DNA from: Felis catus
Taxonomy: Eukaryota
Reading direction: 5' to 3'
Length of the DNA stretch: 64,000 nucleotides
NCBI RefSeq assembly: GCF_018350175.1
Contig: NC_058383.1
Coordinates: 11,162,001-11,226,000 of the forward strand
Positions 60,995 to 64,000 of this stretch are shown in pieces. The translations under genes were made by a program, and so were the position numbers. The notes beneath the pieces were generated by a model that saw nothing but the letters and a program-made list of their open reading frames with translations, made no database searches and was not told the origin of the DNA. Within the stretch, counting starts at the first letter, position 1, and each line of letters begins with the position of its first letter.

Positions 60995-61185
60995 AAACCA
61001 CCAGCCTGAAGCCTCAACGCCCAGCTCTCAAATTGCATCTGAGCCGCAGCCGCAGCGACAGCGTTAACCTGGGTGCTTGTTAGAAATGCTCGGTCAGAAA
61101 CTCCGGGGGTGGGGGCCTCAGGTATCTGTTTCACGGAGCCCTCCGGGAGATGCTGACATAATCCTGAGTCGGAGAGCCACTGCCT
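60995..61185. mobile_element. MER5-like DNA transposon
   Basis: cctgggtgcttgttagaaatgc...tcagaaactccgggggtggggg...gagagccactg. Confidence 0.65.
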
Positions 61186-61534
61186 TAACGGAAGAGGGAA
61201 GTCAGCACGGGAGCAGTGTGGCGGGGTCTGGAGTCATGTAGAAATTACGGGGGAGGGGTGAGGTCATTTCTGTCCCTGGTCATACTCTTAGCCCACGCAG
61301 GGAGCCTAACCTCCTTGCCTTGACCTCGTGCTCGTCTGTCCGTGGTGGCCGCCCAGTGTATATTTTGATGATTTCCCTTGTTATGAGTCCTGTGTTCACA
61401 ACGTAGAAGCTTCCACGCCCTCCCTCATGGCTGCGAGGCGGGCGTATCAGACCAGCGCGAGAGGGGCCCAGAGGCACGACAGGTGCACGTGCCACTGAGA
61501 GGGATCAGGCTTTCAGGGACGGCAATAGGATTTG

Positions 61535-62075
61535 TCCCGGTGACTATAGCCGCGTAACGCACAGCTCACACTTCGTAGAGTAAAACGACTATTATTTTAT
61601 GAACCCGCAAATTCCGTAGGTTGGAAACTGAGACAGGGCGTGTGGGGACAGTTAGGCTTTGCTCCCACGTACCTGGCTGGACTTCACCTTGGAAGGCTTG
61701 GATCCTGGGAGTGACTTGAAAGGCTGGGGGCTGGAATCATCTGGAAGTTTCTTCACTCGCACGTCTAGCGCCTGGATGGGCTGAGCTGGGACTGTCAGCG
61801 GGAGCCCTCCTCTGTGTGACCTGGGCTTCTCACGGCAGGGAGGCTAGATTCCCAGAGGAAGCACCTCCAGAGGCTGTGTTCCAAGAGAGTCAGGCCGAAA
61901 CCTTTTGAAACCTCAGAGGTCACATGCCGTCACCTTCGTGGTGTTCTCTCGGTCCAAACAGGCCCAAGCCGGTCTTGAGTCAAGAGGAGGGGTCCACCTC
62001 GCGATGGAGGAATGACAACGTCACCTTGAAGAGCGAGTCATCTGGAATTCTTAGTGGTGCCATTTTAGGGGACAC
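61535..62075 (-). mobile_element. MLT1 LTR
   Basis: ggctgggggctggaatcatctggaag. Confidence 0.65.
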
Positions 62076-62224
62076 CTGCTGCCTGAGTAAAGGTGAGGTC
62101 CCTAGGAGAAGGTGTGGCTGGTGGAGGTCCGGCCCCATGGTGCAGAGAAGGATCCAGAAGTTCAGCCTAGACCCTGTTTCTCCAGCTCTCCCAAAGAGTC
62201 TGTTCTCAATCTCTTTAAATTGAG

Positions 62225-64000
62225 GTTTATTTTTTTAATCTTGAAAGAATTGTAGATTTGCGTGCAGTTGTAAGAAATAATCCGGGAGGTCCCCTAGACC
62301 CTCTACCCAGTTTCCACCAATGGTAGAATCTTGTAAAAACTACAGTAAATTTCAGGGCGCCTGCATGGCTCAGTCGGTTGAGCGTCCAACTCTTGATTTC
62401 CGCTCGGGTCATGATCTCATGGTTCGTGAGATCGAGCCCTGTGTGGGGCTCTGTGCTTACAGCCCGGAGCCTGGAGCCTGCTTCGGATTCTGTGTCTCCC
62501 TCTCTCTCTGCCCTCCCCTGCTCACGCTCTCTCTCTCTCTCAAAAATACATGAACATTAAAAAGAGAGAGAGAGAGATCTTTAAAAAAAAACAAAGCAAA
62601 ACAAACAAAAAACCAAAATAATACATCATAATCTCACACCCAGGGAGTTGACGCTGATACAATGCACTGAGCTTATTCATATTTCCACAGTTTTACGTGT
62701 AAACGTGTGTGTTTAGTTTTCTGCAGTTGACTCAATAGTTTAAAAACTCACTCTTTTCCACCCTTGTTTTATTGAGAGATAGTTGATGTGCAGAGGGTGG
62801 ACAGCATAATAATTCGACTTACATTTTTTTTTCAAAATTATTTTTAATGTTCATTTACTTTTGAGACAGAGATAGAATGTGCGAGCAGGGCATGGGTGGG
62901 GGGCAGAGGATCCGAAGCCGGTTCTGTGCTGACAGCAGACAGCCTGGTGCGGGGCTCGAACCCACGAACTGAGAGATCATGACCTGAGCTGAAGTCGGAC
63001 GCTTGACCTCCTGAGCCACCCAGGTGCCCCTGGACTTAAATATATTATGACATGATTGCCACAATCAGTTAAGATGCATCATCTCATATAGATAAAAAGA
63101 ACGAAAAGGCATGTTTTTTTTTTTTTTCCCTTGTGATCAGAACTCCTAGGATTTACTCTTAACTTCCCTACGTATCACACAGTGGTGGTAACTGTGGTTT
63201 TACGTCCCTAGCAGGTATTTATCTTATAATTGGAAGTTTGTACCTTTGGAGCCCCCTCATCCAATTTAAAATCACACTCTTCATGGTAGAGTGTGCAACT
63301 CTTGACCTCAGGGTCGTGAGTTCGAGCTCTACATTGGGTTTCCTTAAAAAATAAAAGCTTAAAAATAAGGGGCACCTCGGTGGCTCAGTTGGTTAAGTGT
63401 CCAACTTCAGCTCAGGTCTAATGGCTCGTGGGTTCGAGCCCCGCGTCGGGCTCTGTGCTGACAGCTGGGAGCCTGGAGCCTGCTTCGGATTCTGTGTCTC
63501 CCTCTCTCTCTGCTCCTCCCTGACTCACGCTCTGTCTCTCTCTCAAAAATAAAGATGAAAAAAAAATTTTTTAATAAAAATAAAATCATACTCATTTTAG
63601 AATAGTTTTGAAATAACAGGAAACTTTCAAGGATACTACAGAGGTTCCTCTGTATCTTCACCCAGTTTCCCTATTGTTAACATCTTTCTTTGTATGGTGA
63701 ACCAATTTGTTACAATTGGTGAACCAATACTGACACATTAGCATTAACTGAAGCCCACGCTTTGTTCAGATTTCCCTAGTTTCTTTTTTAAAAGGTTTTA
63801 TTTTTAAGTGATCTCTCCACCCGAGGTGGAGTTTGAACTCATGACCCCGAGATCAAGAGTTGACGCTCTACCCACTGAGCCAGCCAGGTGCCCCCAGATT
63901 TCCCTAGTTTTTACCTGACATCCTTTTACCTTCCCAAGATTCCATCACCAAAACCACATTACATTTAGTTGCCATGTCATATGTCTCCTTAGGTTCTTCT
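62225..64000. mobile_element. Minus-strand L1 remnants interrupted by SINECs (62355-62562 +, 62830-63030 -, 63369-63566 +, 63785-63894 -)
   Basis: SINE heads; TSD cagatttccctagttt (63767 and 63895). Confidence 0.8.

Noticed and set aside
57..63661. Hundreds of 60-280 aa ORFs in the track
   Set aside because: Apart from fragments overlapping CASTOR2 exons, they resemble no known protein. Many are SINE translations (e.g. SAQVMISRFVSSSP), and many begin at GTG or TTG.
17228..63894. tRNA-like A/B boxes (gtggctcagtcgg, ggttcgagccc)
   Set aside because: These are heads of tRNA-derived carnivore SINEs, not tRNA genes.

Overview
Mammalian genomic DNA, almost certainly from a cat-family species, judged by the dense SINEC_Fc-type tRNA-derived SINEs and carnivore L1 3' ends. 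The window holds one complete protein-coding gene on the minus strand: CASTOR2 (GATSL2), an ACT-domain regulator of mTORC1 via GATOR2. Nine coding exons between 54462 and 2955 splice with GT-AG introns and consistent phases into a 990-nt CDS (329 aa). There is a CpG-island promoter at about 54.1-55.1 kb, a 34.2-kb first intron, and a long 3' UTR that probably runs off the left edge. The rest is intronic or upstream sequence full of SINEs, L1, MLT1, MER and MIR remnants; repeat families were assigned from memory of consensus sequences, and their boundaries are approximate. I found no novel multi-gene system. The most interesting features are candidate regulatory layers on CASTOR2: an out-of-frame upstream ATG whose ORF overlaps the CDS and stops in exon 2, a cryptic exon with tandem donors in intron 1, a 3' UTR stem pairing a Pumilio element with a miR-26 site, MEF2 and TCF/SOX motif clusters, and inverted SINEs around exon 2. 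There is also a clear L1 3' transduction at a reused target site and a 148-bp local duplication.
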